Shown here: positions 58,548 to 58,561 of the stretch, one piece after another | Numbering within the stretch: the first letter of the stretch is position 1 | Layout: the number at the start of each line of letters is the position of its first letter | Assembly: GCA_017533005.1 (NCBI GenBank) | Contig: JAFXIQ010000003.1 | Coordinates: 1-58,561 of the forward strand | Length of the DNA stretch: 58,561 bases | DNA from: Clostridia bacterium | GTDB taxonomy: Bacteria > Bacillota > Clostridia > Christensenellales > DTU072 | Direction of reading: 5' to 3' | Made by a program: the position numbers and the translations under genes | The notes under the pieces: generated by a model | What the model was told of the DNA's origin: nothing | What the model saw: the letters and a program-made list of their open reading frames with translations, nothing else | Database searches by the model: none

Positions 58548-58561
58548 AAATTAGCCCAAAA

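Overview
AT-rich (~40% GC by eye) chromosomal segment from a Bacillota (Clostridia-like) bacterium. Most of it is housekeeping: greA-lysS, yaaO-like-tmk-holB-yaaT-ferredoxin, galE, cysK, secG, smpB-metY-metA-recF-argS, feoAB, purC, gdhA and tRNA-Arg(ACG). Accessory or unusual loci are: an SbcC/Rad50-like protein with degenerate ATPase motifs; an orphan, shortened BREX PglX-like methyltransferase; a NahK-like kinase remnant next to an XRE/zinc-ribbon/SPFH islet; an ABC operon (ATPase with a RanBP2-type Zn finger) linked to 1042-aa and 2019-aa surface proteins; and a two-gene operon of divergent paralogous membrane proteins with a predicted channel-like TM module, two Rossmann/RCK-like domains and a RyR domain (best candidate for an uncharacterised system). 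Non-coding signals are four ~126-128 bp hairpin elements with an ERIC-like core, CG-alternating tracts at divergent promoters, near-absence of GATC, and a 5'-half tRNA duplicate. No CRISPR array, integrase, transposase or rRNA was seen. All calls come from motif recognition by eye; no database searches were run.
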